A stretch of DNA of 64,000 nt from an uncultured Candidatus Entotheonella sp. (GTDB taxonomy: Bacteria; Tectomicrobia; Entotheonellia; Entotheonellales; Entotheonellaceae): assembly GCA_965217185.1 (NCBI GenBank), contig OZ244252.1, positions 2,176,001 through 2,240,000 of the forward strand, read 5' to 3'. The notes beneath the pieces were generated by a model, which had not been told where the DNA came from, ran no database searches, and saw only the letters and a list, made by a program, of their open reading frames with translations. A program made the position numbers and the translations under genes. This document shows, piece by piece, positions 30,614 through 39,830 of this stretch (positions are counted from its first letter, which is position 1; each line of letters starts with the position of its first letter).

Positions 30614-32314
30614 CTACACCCTTCTTCTGTCAAATGTCGTCTTTTTCCCGGTGCCGTATAACGTCAGGGCGCCGTCCTCGCCGACGGCGTTGGGGCGCTG
30701 GAAAATCCAGTTCTGCCACGCGCTCAAACGGCCGAAAATCTTGCTTTCCATGGTTTCTGGGCCGCCGAAGCGCAGACTCCCCTCCATGCCCGTCAACGCG
30801 TCCGGCGAGAAACTCGCACGCTCCTCCAATGCCAGGCGCACCTCGTCTTGCCAATCGATATCGTCGGGGATAAACGTCACGAGCCCAAGCGCATCGGCTT
30901 CTTGCGCGTCGACGGCTTCTCCCGTCCGAGTTTGCAAATACGCGACGTGTTCAGCATCGGACAGAAAGCGGCTTTGCAGCCGCGTCAAGCCATTCACCAT
31001 CGGAAACGGTCCGAAATTCAACGGCGAGAGCCGGACCGTAGCCGGGGGCAATTCGCTCTCTTCAAAAATTCCGTCCAGCATATAAACGCGGTCTGCCGCC
31101 AGCACCAATTCCAGCAATAGTCCGGCAAAGCAACTCCCCGGCTCGACCAAGGCCATCAGGCTGCGGGAACTGACCTCCAGCCGTTTGAGCGTGCGCTTCC
31201 AGTACAGCCGGATTTCACGTACCAGCCAGTTGTCAGCCTGGTCGATCAGCGTTTTCTCCACCGCCTCCACCGCTGCATGCGCACCCTCGCTGCGAAACAC
31301 CCAGGTGCCGATTTCGCCTTCGTTCAGGCGCAGATGCAGGATCGCGTCGTCGAGCGCCCGTGTCATGGCCACCAGCCACCACGACGCCCCGGCCTGGCAA
31401 ATGGTCTCCAGAGTTGCCGGCGTCGCATCAACCGGCCCTTGAATCGTCAACGTCGCCGCGGCCAATTCCCGATCGATATCGACTGTCAAGGTGTCATAGC
31501 AGATACGGTCGGCCTCGATGGTACGGGACAGCGGCGTCAGCGTCATAACCGTCGCCTCAGCCGGCCGATCCGATTGCGCGGCGCGTTCCAGGGCCCGCGC
31601 GTGGACCACCTCATCAAAACGGGAGCGCGGCGCCAGAGCATCGACAAGATGCCACGCCAGAGCTCGCTGGCCCCGCAAGCCCTCGGACGTGGTACAGAAA
31701 AAATCGGCGCGATCATGCCGGACACAGCGTTTGTCAACGAGCCGCGTCAAGCCGCCCGTCCCGGGCAGCACTGCCAGCAGCGGCAACTCCGGAAGGGACA
31801 CCGCACTCGCCCCGTCGTCAATGAGAACGATGTCGTCACACGCCAGGGCGAGCTCATAGCCGCCCCCCGACGCCGTGCCATTGACGGCGCAGAGGTACGT
31901 CTGCCCTGAGTATTCAGTGGCGTCTTCGATGCTATTTCTCGTTTCGTTGGTGAACTTGCAAAAATTGACTTTGTGGGTGTGTGAGGCGCTGCCGAGCATG
32001 CGAATGTTGGCCCCGGCACAAAACACCTGCGGCTTGGCAGATACGATGACCACTGCCGCGACTTCCGGGTACTCGAATCGCAGGCGCTGTACGGCGTCGT
32101 AAAGCTCGATATCCACCCCGAGATCGTACGAATTGAGCTTGAGCTCATACCCCGGAACGAGCGGCGCCTCTTCTTGCACGTCCAGCGTCAGCGTTGCCAA
32201 CCGACCTTCAACCGTGAGCGTCCAGTGCCGATACTGATCAGGATGCGTGCGGAAATCGACGAACGGCTCTTGTCGTGCCGACGGCGTCTGGGTGAGGCTA
32301 TCGCGCGTCGCCAT
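30614..32314 (-). CDS. boxC: 2,3-epoxybenzoyl-CoA dihydrolase
   Basis: YELKLNSYDLGVDIEL, KVNFCKFTNETRN, GGGYELALAC, FGRLSAWQNWIFQRPNA. Confidence 0.95.
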   Translation of the reverse strand: MATRDSLTQTPSARQEPFVDFRTHPDQYRHWTLTVEGRLATLTLDVQEEAPLVPGYELKLNSYDLGVDIELYDAVQRLRFEYPEVAAVVIVSAKPQVFCAGANIRMLGSASHTHKVNFCKFTNETRNSIEDATEYSGQTYLCAVNGTASGGGYELALACDDIVLIDDGASAVSLPELPLLAVLPGTGGLTRLVDKRCVRHDRADFFCTTSEGLRGQRALAWHLVDALAPRSRFDEVVHARALERAAQSDRPAEATVMTLTPLSRTIEADRICYDTLTVDIDRELAAATLTIQGPVDATPATLETICQAGASWWLVAMTRALDDAILHLRLNEGEIGTWVFRSEGAHAAVEAVEKTLIDQADNWLVREIRLYWKRTLKRLEVSSRSLMALVEPGSCFAGLLLELVLAADRVYMLDGIFEESELPPATVRLSPLNFGPFPMVNGLTRLQSRFLSDAEHVAYLQTRTGEAVDAQEADALGLVTFIPDDIDWQDEVRLALEERASFSPDALTGMEGSLRFGGPETMESKIFGRLSAWQNWIFQRPNAVGEDGALTLYGTGKKTTFDRRRV

Positions 32315-32597
32315 TACTTGAATGTCCTTCTTCATGCTGAACGCAACGTCCACCGCAGCCATGCTGCCGCTATACCGGCAGAGCCGTTTCTGCCCGAATC
32401 ACGCTCTTCTGGGCGGGTGTGGTGAATCCAGCACCCTGGAAACACATCGGCTACTTGGAAAACCAGGTGCTTCACCGCTGCTTCCGATATGGCAAGGGTA
32501 ACGGGGGTGCGTAACCTCAGTATCAAAGTCTGCGACCCGCGGGTGTCGGCCTGTAGAATGTCGGATTACGCCAGCGGCTAATCCGATTTGCACACCG

Positions 32598-33593
32598 TCA
32601 TCCGACAAGGCGTTCCAGGATGTGAGCGGTTTCGTCCGGCGGTGCGTCCACCTGCACGGTATGCATGCCGATTCCCGCTTCCGACTGAGCCGCCAGGCGA
32701 TCCAAACAGGCTTCCAGCGGTCCGGCGAAAAAGAGGCTGTCCACGAGCTCGTCGGGCACCGCGGCGGTTCCGGCGGCGCGGCCGCCCTTTTCCCAGGCGG
32801 CGCGAATGGTTTGAACGGCGGCGCCGTGCCCCAGGCGGGTGAGTTGCTCGCGGTAGTAATCGCCCATGTTGGTGGCGTAAAACGCAATGTGGCTCTTGCC
32901 CTCCTGCCGGTAGGCTTCGACATTGCGGGTCACGGTGACGCTGCCCGGACTGCGCACGGTGACGCCGCCGGGGTCGCGGCCCGCCGCCGACACCTGCTGG
33001 CGGAACGCTTTCACCTCCTGTCCGAGTTGCCCCAACGGAATGAGAACCGGCATCCAGCCGTCGGCCAGCAGGGCGGTCTGGGCGACGCTCTTGGGCGTCA
33101 GCGAGGCGATGAAAATCGGGATGTCGGCGCGCAACGGCTCGAAGCGCAGCCGGAAGCCGCGCTGCAGCGTGAACACCTTGCCCTCGTAGTGCAGCGGTTG
33201 CTGGGCGAGGATCATGCGGATGATATCGATGTATTCGCGCAGCCGCGTCAGGGACGGCTGGAAGGGTACCCCATGCCAGTGCTCGATGACCCGGTAGCCG
33301 CTGGTGCCGAGGCCGATTAGCATGCGCCCGCCGCTCAATTCGTCGAGGGTGGCAAAGTGCTGCGCCAGGGCCGCCGGGGTGCGCGAATAGGTGTTGACGA
33401 TGCCGCTGCCGAGCGCGATGCGCTTGGTCTCGCGCGCCAGCACCGCCAGCATCGTGAAGCAATCGCGCCCCCACGCCTCCGGCACCCATACCGTATCCAC
33501 CCCCGCGTCGTCGGCCGCGCGCACCCGTGTAATGCCTTGCTCCCAGTCGAATGGCCCCTGCCAGTTAAAGCCTACGGACAGCCGCCGTGCCAT
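32598..33593 (-). CDS. Luciferase-like (LLM) flavin/F420-dependent oxidoreductase
   Basis: VWVPEAWGRD, LGSGIVN.YSRTPA.LAQ..ATLDELSGGR..IGLG. Confidence 0.9.
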   Translation of the reverse strand: MARRLSVGFNWQGPFDWEQGITRVRAADDAGVDTVWVPEAWGRDCFTMLAVLARETKRIALGSGIVNTYSRTPAALAQHFATLDELSGGRMLIGLGTSGYRVIEHWHGVPFQPSLTRLREYIDIIRMILAQQPLHYEGKVFTLQRGFRLRFEPLRADIPIFIASLTPKSVAQTALLADGWMPVLIPLGQLGQEVKAFRQQVSAAGRDPGGVTVRSPGSVTVTRNVEAYRQEGKSHIAFYATNMGDYYREQLTRLGHGAAVQTIRAAWEKGGRAAGTAAVPDELVDSLFFAGPLEACLDRLAAQSEAGIGMHTVQVDAPPDETAHILERLVG

Positions 33594-33624
33594 ACGTTGC
33601 TCCTTGTGTGAATAACGGATTGAA

Positions 33625-34665
33625 TTATTGACCGTTAAGAATGCTGCGCATGATCTCGGCGGCCTGTTCCGCCTCGGTGCGGCTGACGTCGAGGTGCGTC
33701 ACCAGGCGCATGCCGTAGCGTCCCATGGCGAGGGCCAGAACACCGCGCTGGCTCATCGCTGCCGCCAAGCCGGGCGCGTCCACGCACGCCTCGTCGGGGT
33801 CGAGTTGCAAGTAGATGATGTTGGTTTCCACGTTGGACGGCTCGACCCGCAAGCCGGGGGCGCCGCTGATGCGTTCGGCGAGCAGCTTGGCGTTGAAATG
33901 ATCGTCGGCGAGGCGTTCGACGTTGTTCTCCAATGCGTAAATACCCGCGGCGGCCAAGATGCCGGCCTGCCGCATGCCGCCGCCGAACATCTTGCGGTAG
34001 CGTTGCGCCTTGCCAATGAAGTCCTCGCTGGCCGCAATCACGGAGCCGACCGGCGCGCCCAGCCCCTTGGAAAGGCACAGCGTGCACGAATCGAAGTACT
34101 GGGTGATCTCAGTGGCCTGCAGGTCGGAAGCCACGGTGGCGTTCATCAGGCGGGCGCCGTCGAGGTGCATGGCGAGGCCCTCGGCGCGGGCCACGTCGTG
34201 AATGTCCTTGATGCGGTCCATGGGATAAACGGCACCGCCGCCGCGGTTGTGGGTATTTTCAAGCGATACCAGGCGGGTCGGGGCGTTATGCACGTCGTTG
34301 CCGTGGCGTATCACCCGCGCCACCTGCTCGGCGGACAGCACGCCGCGCTCGCCGTCCTGCAAATTGACCTGCACGCCGGACAGCGCCGCCAGGCCGCCGG
34401 ACTCGCTGTTGAACGGGTGGCTGTTGCGTTCCATGATGATCTCGTCGCCGGGCTGCGTGTGCACCTTGATGGATATCTGATTGGCCATGGTGCCGGAGGG
34501 CACGTACAGGGCCGCCTCCTTGCCCAGCACTTGCGCCGCGAGTTCCTGCAACCGGTTGACGGACGGGTCCTCGCCAAACACGTCGTCGCCGACTTCGGCC
34601 TCGGCCATGGCGAGGCGCATCTCCGGGGACGGTTTGCTGACGGTATCGCTGCGTAAATCGATCAT
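33625..34665 (-). CDS. ltaE: Low-specificity L-threonine aldolase
   Basis: [49 protein letters not shown]. Confidence 0.95.
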   Translation of the reverse strand: MIDLRSDTVSKPSPEMRLAMAEAEVGDDVFGEDPSVNRLQELAAQVLGKEAALYVPSGTMANQISIKVHTQPGDEIIMERNSHPFNSESGGLAALSGVQVNLQDGERGVLSAEQVARVIRHGNDVHNAPTRLVSLENTHNRGGGAVYPMDRIKDIHDVARAEGLAMHLDGARLMNATVASDLQATEITQYFDSCTLCLSKGLGAPVGSVIAASEDFIGKAQRYRKMFGGGMRQAGILAAAGIYALENNVERLADDHFNAKLLAERISGAPGLRVEPSNVETNIIYLQLDPDEACVDAPGLAAAMSQRGVLALAMGRYGMRLVTHLDVSRTEAEQAAEIMRSILNGQ

Positions 34666-35513
34666 GAGCGGGCTTCCTCCTGCTGATGCCATTCGCCGCT
34701 GAACACCTCCACGGCCGGGCCGGTCATCAAGACCTGGTTGTCGCTGGCCTGCCATTCCAATTCCAGGGGACCGCCCAGCAGGTGCGCGGTGACCCGCCGG
34801 TCCGTGCGCCCGGTGAGGTGGCACGCCACCGCGGCGGCCGAGGCGCCGGTGCCGCAGGCAAGCGTTTCGCCCGAGCCGCGCTCCCACACGCGCATACTGA
34901 ACGATTCCCGGTCGTGCACCTGGACGAACTCGGTGTTGACCCCCTCCGGGAAGATGTCGTGGTGCTCAAAGTGCGGCCCCCAGCGAGCCACGTCGAAGCC
35001 GTCAACGTCCTCCACGAACACCACGCAGTGCGGGTTTCCCATCGATACTGCGGTGACGTCGAAGGTGGCGCCGTCGACGAGCAGCGGCTCGTTGATCACC
35101 TCACCCGGCGTGCCCTGCATAGGAATCTGCGCCCGCTGCAGACGGGGCTCGCCCATCCTGACGCGCACCCGGTTGACCGCGCCGCCGGCGACAAACAAGT
35201 CCAGATTCAGGACGCCTGCCAGGGTCTCGACGTTCAGGGTGGTGCGGCGGGCAATGTCGTGGTCGTACACGTATTTGGCCACGCAGCGAATGCCGTTGCC
35301 GCACATCTGCGCTTCGCTGCCGTCGGCGTTGAACATGCGCATGCGGCAGTCGGCTTTGTCGGAGGGCAGAATAAGAATCAGGCCGTCGGCGCCGATGCCG
35401 AAATGCCGGTCGCTCACCGCCCGCGCCACCGCGGCGGGATCGTCGACCCGCTCCCCAAAGCCGTTAACGTAAACATAATCGTTACCAAGCCCGTGCATTT
35501 TGGTGAAGCGCAT
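34662..35513 (-). CDS. dapF: Diaminopimelate epimerase
   Basis: [40 protein letters not shown]. Confidence 0.97.
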   Translation of the reverse strand: MRFTKMHGLGNDYVYVNGFGERVDDPAAVARAVSDRHFGIGADGLILILPSDKADCRMRMFNADGSEAQMCGNGIRCVAKYVYDHDIARRTTLNVETLAGVLNLDLFVAGGAVNRVRVRMGEPRLQRAQIPMQGTPGEVINEPLLVDGATFDVTAVSMGNPHCVVFVEDVDGFDVARWGPHFEHHDIFPEGVNTEFVQVHDRESFSMRVWERGSGETLACGTGASAAAVACHLTGRTDRRVTAHLLGGPLELEWQASDNQVLMTGPAVEVFSGEWHQQEEARS

Positions 35514-35627
35514 GCCGCCATCCCCGTGTTTGGTTCTCGTCTCGAACGTTCTTGGCCAAAAGACCGCGCGTTTTTCGGTCCCGGTACGGTGGCAAAACCC
35601 CGCCCGGTTTGTCAAGCCGAGAATGGC

Positions 35628-35656
35628 TTGACTTCGCCGGTGGCAGTCCGTAATCT
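35628..35656 (+). promoter_or_regulatory. Putative sigma70 promoter
   Basis: TTGACT-17 nt-TAATCT upstream of the ComEA-like gene. Confidence 0.45.
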
Positions 35657-35744
35657 GCCGCCTTTATTTTTGACTTCCCAAGACAGATCCTGGTAAGTCG
35701 GTTCCTGTTCATGTTCGGCCCACTCAACGGAGAAGGAGCACCCT

Positions 35745-36050
35745 ATGAAGTTCGATAGGCGACGCTTGGCAGCCGTTGCCCTGGCGATTGCCCTACTGGT
35801 CGGCGGCCTAGGTTTGGGTATGGCGCAGGCGCAGGATGAGGGCACGCCCATAAACATCAACACGGCCGACGAGGTCGAGTTGATGATGTTGAAGGGCATC
35901 GGTGAAGCAAAGGCTAAGGCCATTATCGAGTACCGGGAGGCACAGTCCTTCGAAACCATCGAAGACCTCATGAAGGTCTCGGGAATTGGCGAGAAGACCT
36001 TTGAAAACATCAAGGACCGCATCACCGTTGGGGAAACGGCGGACGAGTAG
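35745..36050 (+). CDS. ComEA-like helix-hairpin-helix DNA-binding protein
   Basis: Signal peptide; ININTA...L..LKGIGEAKAKAIIEYR...F.TIEDL..VSGIGEKTFE. Confidence 0.9.
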   Translation: MKFDRRRLAAVALAIALLVGGLGLGMAQAQDEGTPININTADEVELMMLKGIGEAKAKAIIEYREAQSFETIEDLMKVSGIGEKTFENIKDRITVGETADE

Positions 36051-36076
36051 AGGCGCAAGGCCGCGAAGGAGTGCAC

Positions 36077-36424
36077 ATGAGCCGGCAAGTGGATTGGTAC
36101 TATCACCGCAAGGGTTGAACCACCTGTTCCAAGGTTTCCAGGTTTTTGGAGACCCGTGACGTGACGGTGCAGGACACGATTCCGGCAAGCAGGAAGCTCG
36201 GGCTGAGTGATGCGCTGGCACTGGTGGAGCAGGCCGACCGGCTGGTTGTCGCGAAAGGCAAGAAGCTGACGGATCTCGATCTGGGCGCCGAACCGCCGAC
36301 CCCTGACGCGGTGGCCAAGCTGATGCTGGGGCCTACCGGCAACCTGCGAGCGCCCACCCTACGCGTTGGACGCACCCTCGTTGTCGGCTACAATGAGCAG
36401 GCACTGGTTGAGACGTTCGGCTAA
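36077..36424 (+). CDS. ArsC/Spx-like thioredoxin-fold selenoprotein (UxxC)
   Basis: AAGGAG RBS, ATG36077; MSRQVDWYYHRKG-TGA(36116-18)-TTCSK continues in frame to LGPTGNLRAPTLRVGRTLVVGYN. Confidence 0.85.
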
Positions 36425-36463
36425 TTCCGCGGCAAGGCGCGGGCTGAGAGAAAGGAAGTGAGC

Positions 36464-36697
36464 GTGGACAAGGAAGTCATCGTCTATAGCAACGTTGGTT
36501 GAGGCCCCTGTCACCAAGCGATGGAGTATCTATCGCAGAAGGGGGTCGCATTTGTGGAAAAGAATGTCGCCCGTGATCCCGACGCCGTGCAGGAATTGAT
36601 CGGCATGGGGTTGCGTTCCCTCCCGGTGGTGGTGATCGGTGAGCAGCGGCTCAGCGGATTTAACCCCGCCGCCATTGACGCGGCACTCGCCTCGTAG
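36464..36697 (+). CDS. Glutaredoxin/NrdH-like selenoprotein (UxxC)
   Basis: AAAGGA RBS; VIVYSNVG-TGA(36500-02)-GPCHQAMEYLSQKGVAFVEKNV...SLPVVVIGEQRLSGFNP; hairpin directly after the TGA. Confidence 0.88.
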
Positions 36698-36744
36698 GAA
36701 AGCTCGCGGCGAACGCCCTGCCCTTTGGGGCAGACGCCGCGAGC

Positions 36745-37158
36745 TTAATCGTGCGCCGCCTCCTCGGTGGTGCCGATCTTGTGCCGCATCGCCCGTCCTT
36801 TATCGGGATGCGGGTCTTTCACAAGACCGTATATCTGCCGTCCCTCGTGATCCTCCGGCAGGTGCTCGGTAATCGGGACGCCCTCCTTGCTAACGAACAA
36901 CAGGCAGTGGCAATACTTGTACATCTGCATCTCGTCGCAGGCGCAACGCCAGCGGCGCAGCTTTGCCTCGGCCGGCTTGTCGGGGTAGAAGTTGCACGGG
37001 CACAGTGGCACGCCGACCTCCTCGATATGCCGCGCCAGACCCTCGACAACGGTTTCCGTGACGCTGCTGTCCGGATGCAGATAGCTGCCCGACTTTTCGG
37101 CGAACTTTTCAGCGTATTTCTGCATTTTGGCAATGTTCTTTTCGCTCGGCTTGTCCAC
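36745..37158 (-). CDS. Ferredoxin:thioredoxin reductase catalytic (beta) subunit-like protein
   Basis: CPC, CAC and CHCLLF cysteine motifs. Confidence 0.88.
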   Translation of the reverse strand: MDKPSEKNIAKMQKYAEKFAEKSGSYLHPDSSVTETVVEGLARHIEEVGVPLCPCNFYPDKPAEAKLRRWRCACDEMQMYKYCHCLLFVSKEGVPITEHLPEDHEGRQIYGLVKDPHPDKGRAMRHKIGTTEEAAHD

Positions 37159-37189
37159 TTGCGGAGCCTCCTTTCCAAATCTCGACGCC

Positions 37190-37480
37190 TCAGGCGGCGA
37201 TGTCTTCGATGCGCTGCGCGAGGGTGAAATCCAGGTCGCTGATGCCGCCGACGTCGTGGGTGGTCAGGGCGATGGTGACGCGATTATAAACGTTGGACCA
37301 TTCCGGATGGTGATTCATCGACTCCGCCTCCAGCGCGACGCTGGCCATGAACCCGAAGGCGTTGACGAATGTGTCGAACCGGAACGTTTTGCTGAGCTTG
37401 CCGTCAATGAGTTCCCAGCCCTGCAGTTCGGGCAGCCGCGCGGCCACCTCCGCCTCGGACAGTTTTTGTCGTGCCGCCAT
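37190..37480 (-). CDS. phhB: Pterin-4-alpha-carbinolamine dehydratase
   Basis: [23 protein letters not shown]. Confidence 0.93.
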   Translation of the reverse strand: MAARQKLSEAEVAARLPELQGWELIDGKLSKTFRFDTFVNAFGFMASVALEAESMNHHPEWSNVYNRVTIALTTHDVGGISDLDFTLAQRIEDIAA

Positions 37481-37613
37481 GAATGCCGCCTTTCCTCAAA
37501 CCCTAGACCTGATGTTACATAACGAAGTCGCCTAGCCGTGTTCATCCTGGAAATTGAGAATGACACACCATGCGCGCGGTCGCCAGCTTTTTTCTTGAAA
37601 TGGAGATGGGCGT

Positions 37614-38507
37614 ATGATTGTGGCGCTGATTGCCCTGATCCTGCTGATCGTGGTGTCTGGCGTGATCCTTTGGGCCGGTGGCGGCAAAACCGTCTTTGAG
37701 ACGCAGGGCGTCGGCATCGTCGAGGCCATTCCGGGGCGTCTTCCCGAGTCATCTGTCGCGCCGTCCGATGTACTGACCTTATTCGCGTATAACTTGGCTT
37801 ACGGACTCGGTGGCGCGGGGTCGAGGGGCACGCCGCAGACGGAAGCGGCGGTGTACGATCGCCTGGACCGCGTTATCGAAACAATCGCGGCTTGTGAGGC
37901 CGATGTGGCGCTGCTTCAAGCGGTCGATTTCGCCAGCCGTCGTACGGATTGCGTTGCGCAACTGCATTACATGACCGCGGCGCTGGGTTGGGGGTACGTG
38001 GCGGCGATCACAACCTGGGAATGCCGGTACTTGCCGGCGCCATGGCGGCACGCTGGGCGCGTGCGCGCCGGGCAGGGGGTCATCAGCCGGCTGCCGCTGG
38101 AACATAATAGCTGGCAGCGCCTGCCGCAGTCACGGACGTTTCCCCTGTTTACGGCGCTGTTCGCCCGGTACGAAGCGGTGCAGGTGGTCGACGTGCGGTG
38201 CGGCGTACGCGGGGTGCGGCTGGTGCAGGCCCATCTGGCGCTGCATGGGGCCGAGAGGCATCAGAGGCGAGAAGAGCAGTTGGCGGCCATCGTGCGTCGT
38301 GTAGTGATGCCGAGTTGCGTCATGACGGGAGTCGACGAGGCCACTGCGGATAGAATGTGCGCCGACTTGGGCGCCACGCTGGCTCTGCGGCCGGAAACCG
38401 GCGGCGTAATGCTTGGCACCGGCTGGCCTGATGCTAAAGTGCGGGTCTTGCTGCCGTTGGCCGATGTCTCCGAACATGCCCCGGTGCTGGTGAAGCTGCC
38501 GTTGTGA
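37614..38507 (+). CDS. Endonuclease/exonuclease/phosphatase family protein, membrane-anchored, divergent active site
   Basis: YNLAYG, DVALLQAVD, AHL and terminal SEHAPV motifs. Confidence 0.7.
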   Translation: MIVALIALILLIVVSGVILWAGGGKTVFETQGVGIVEAIPGRLPESSVAPSDVLTLFAYNLAYGLGGAGSRGTPQTEAAVYDRLDRVIETIAACEADVALLQAVDFASRRTDCVAQLHYMTAALGWGYVAAITTWECRYLPAPWRHAGRVRAGQGVISRLPLEHNSWQRLPQSRTFPLFTALFARYEAVQVVDVRCGVRGVRLVQAHLALHGAERHQRREEQLAAIVRRVVMPSCVMTGVDEATADRMCADLGATLALRPETGGVMLGTGWPDAKVRVLLPLADVSEHAPVLVKLPL

Positions 38508-38522
38508 ACACCGAGCAGTCTG

Positions 38523-38873
38523 TCAGGGATGGGATTCGTCGTCGCCCGGTTTGGTGCCCAGCCGGATTTCCTCACCGTTCGAGACGCCGTCGTAGTCTGA
38601 ATCCTTTTCTTCGACGGCGAGATAAATTTCCACCTCCGGTTCCATGCCTGCCTTCTTGGCGCGCCGCAGCGCCCTGCCGTACGAGTTCAATTTCCGTTTG
38701 TTTATGTGGCAGACTTTGCAAGAGGCGTAGTACAAGTCCGTGTCGGGTATGAGGTAGTCGTAGTAGAGCTTCTCGAAGTGTTTCTGATCCTTGTTGTGCG
38801 CCTCGGCGATAACCGTCGCGGCCAACAAGAGGCCTACCGCCGCGACGGCGCATAGCACGTGGTTGCCTTTCAT
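38523..38873 (-). CDS. Secreted CxxCH (putative c-type heme) protein with DxDxDG loop, copy 1
   Basis: Signal peptide, CKVCH, DSDYDGVSNGEEI..GT.PGD. Confidence 0.75.
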   Translation of the reverse strand: MKGNHVLCAVAAVGLLLAATVIAEAHNKDQKHFEKLYYDYLIPDTDLYYASCKVCHINKRKLNSYGRALRRAKKAGMEPEVEIYLAVEEKDSDYDGVSNGEEIRLGTKPGDDESHP

Positions 38874-39239
38874 TCGAGATTCCTTCCCTTTTCAGGTCAC
38901 GTCTCTGTCGCAAGGCGCCACAACGACTCGCCGGGCGAGCAGCGGATGGGCATCTTAACATAACGGCACGGCGCTTTTCAGGGCAGTCGCGGCGAGCGCC
39001 ACTTCCCGGCATAGAGTTACGAATTGGGCAGTTGGTCATTGCTGCTCGCGAGGTGAGACGTTGAAGATCACGGACATGACGGTGAATCAGTTGAAGAGCT
39101 TCTTGCCCCGGGAAGCCGGCGGTGTAATCCTTGGCACCGGCTGGGCTGATGCTAAAGTGCGGGGCTTGCCGCCGTTGCCGATGTCTCCGAACATGCCCCG
39201 GTGATGGTGAAGCTGCCGTTATGAACACCGAGCTGCCTG

Positions 39240-39590
39240 TCAGGGATGGGAATCGGCGTCGCCGGGCTTGGTGCCCAGCCGGATCTCCTCGCCGTTTGAG
39301 ACGCCGTCGTAGTCTGAATCCTCTTCCTCGACGGCGAGATAAATTTCCACCTCCGGTTCCATGCCTGCCTTCTTGGCGCGCCGCAGCGCCCTGCCGTACA
39401 AGTTCAGTTGCCCTACGTTTATGTGGCAGAGTCTGCAGGAGGCGTAATACAAGTCCGTGTCAGGTACGAGGTAGTTGTAGTAAAGCTTCTCGAAGCGTTT
39501 CTGATCCCGGTAGTGCGCCTCGGCGATAGCCGTCGTGGCCAACAAGAGGCCTGCCGCCACGACGGCGCACAGCATGTGGTTGCCTTTCAT
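39240..39590 (-). CDS. Secreted CxxCH protein with DxDxDG loop, copy 2
   Basis: Paralog of 38523-38873; CRLCH. Confidence 0.75.
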   Translation of the reverse strand: MKGNHMLCAVVAAGLLLATTAIAEAHYRDQKRFEKLYYNYLVPDTDLYYASCRLCHINVGQLNLYGRALRRAKKAGMEPEVEIYLAVEEEDSDYDGVSNGEEIRLGTKPGDADSHP

Positions 39591-39737
39591 TCGAGATTCC
39601 TTCCCTTTTCAGGTCACGTCTCTGTCGCAAGGCGCCACAACGACTCGCCGCGCGAGCAGCGAGCGGGCATCTTAGCACAACGACACGGCGCCGTTCGGGG
39701 CAGTCGCGGCGGGCGCCGCTTCCCGACGGGACGCCGA

Positions 39738-39766
39738 TTGACAATGCCATCCGGTGCCCATATGCT
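39738..39766 (+). promoter_or_regulatory. Putative sigma70 promoter
   Basis: TTGACA-17 nt-TATGCT upstream of the enolase-superfamily gene. Confidence 0.6.
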
Positions 39767-39830
39767 GCGCTCCCGGCTATAGGGTTACGAATTGGGCTTA
39801 GTTGGTCATTGCTGCTCGCGAGGTGAGACG

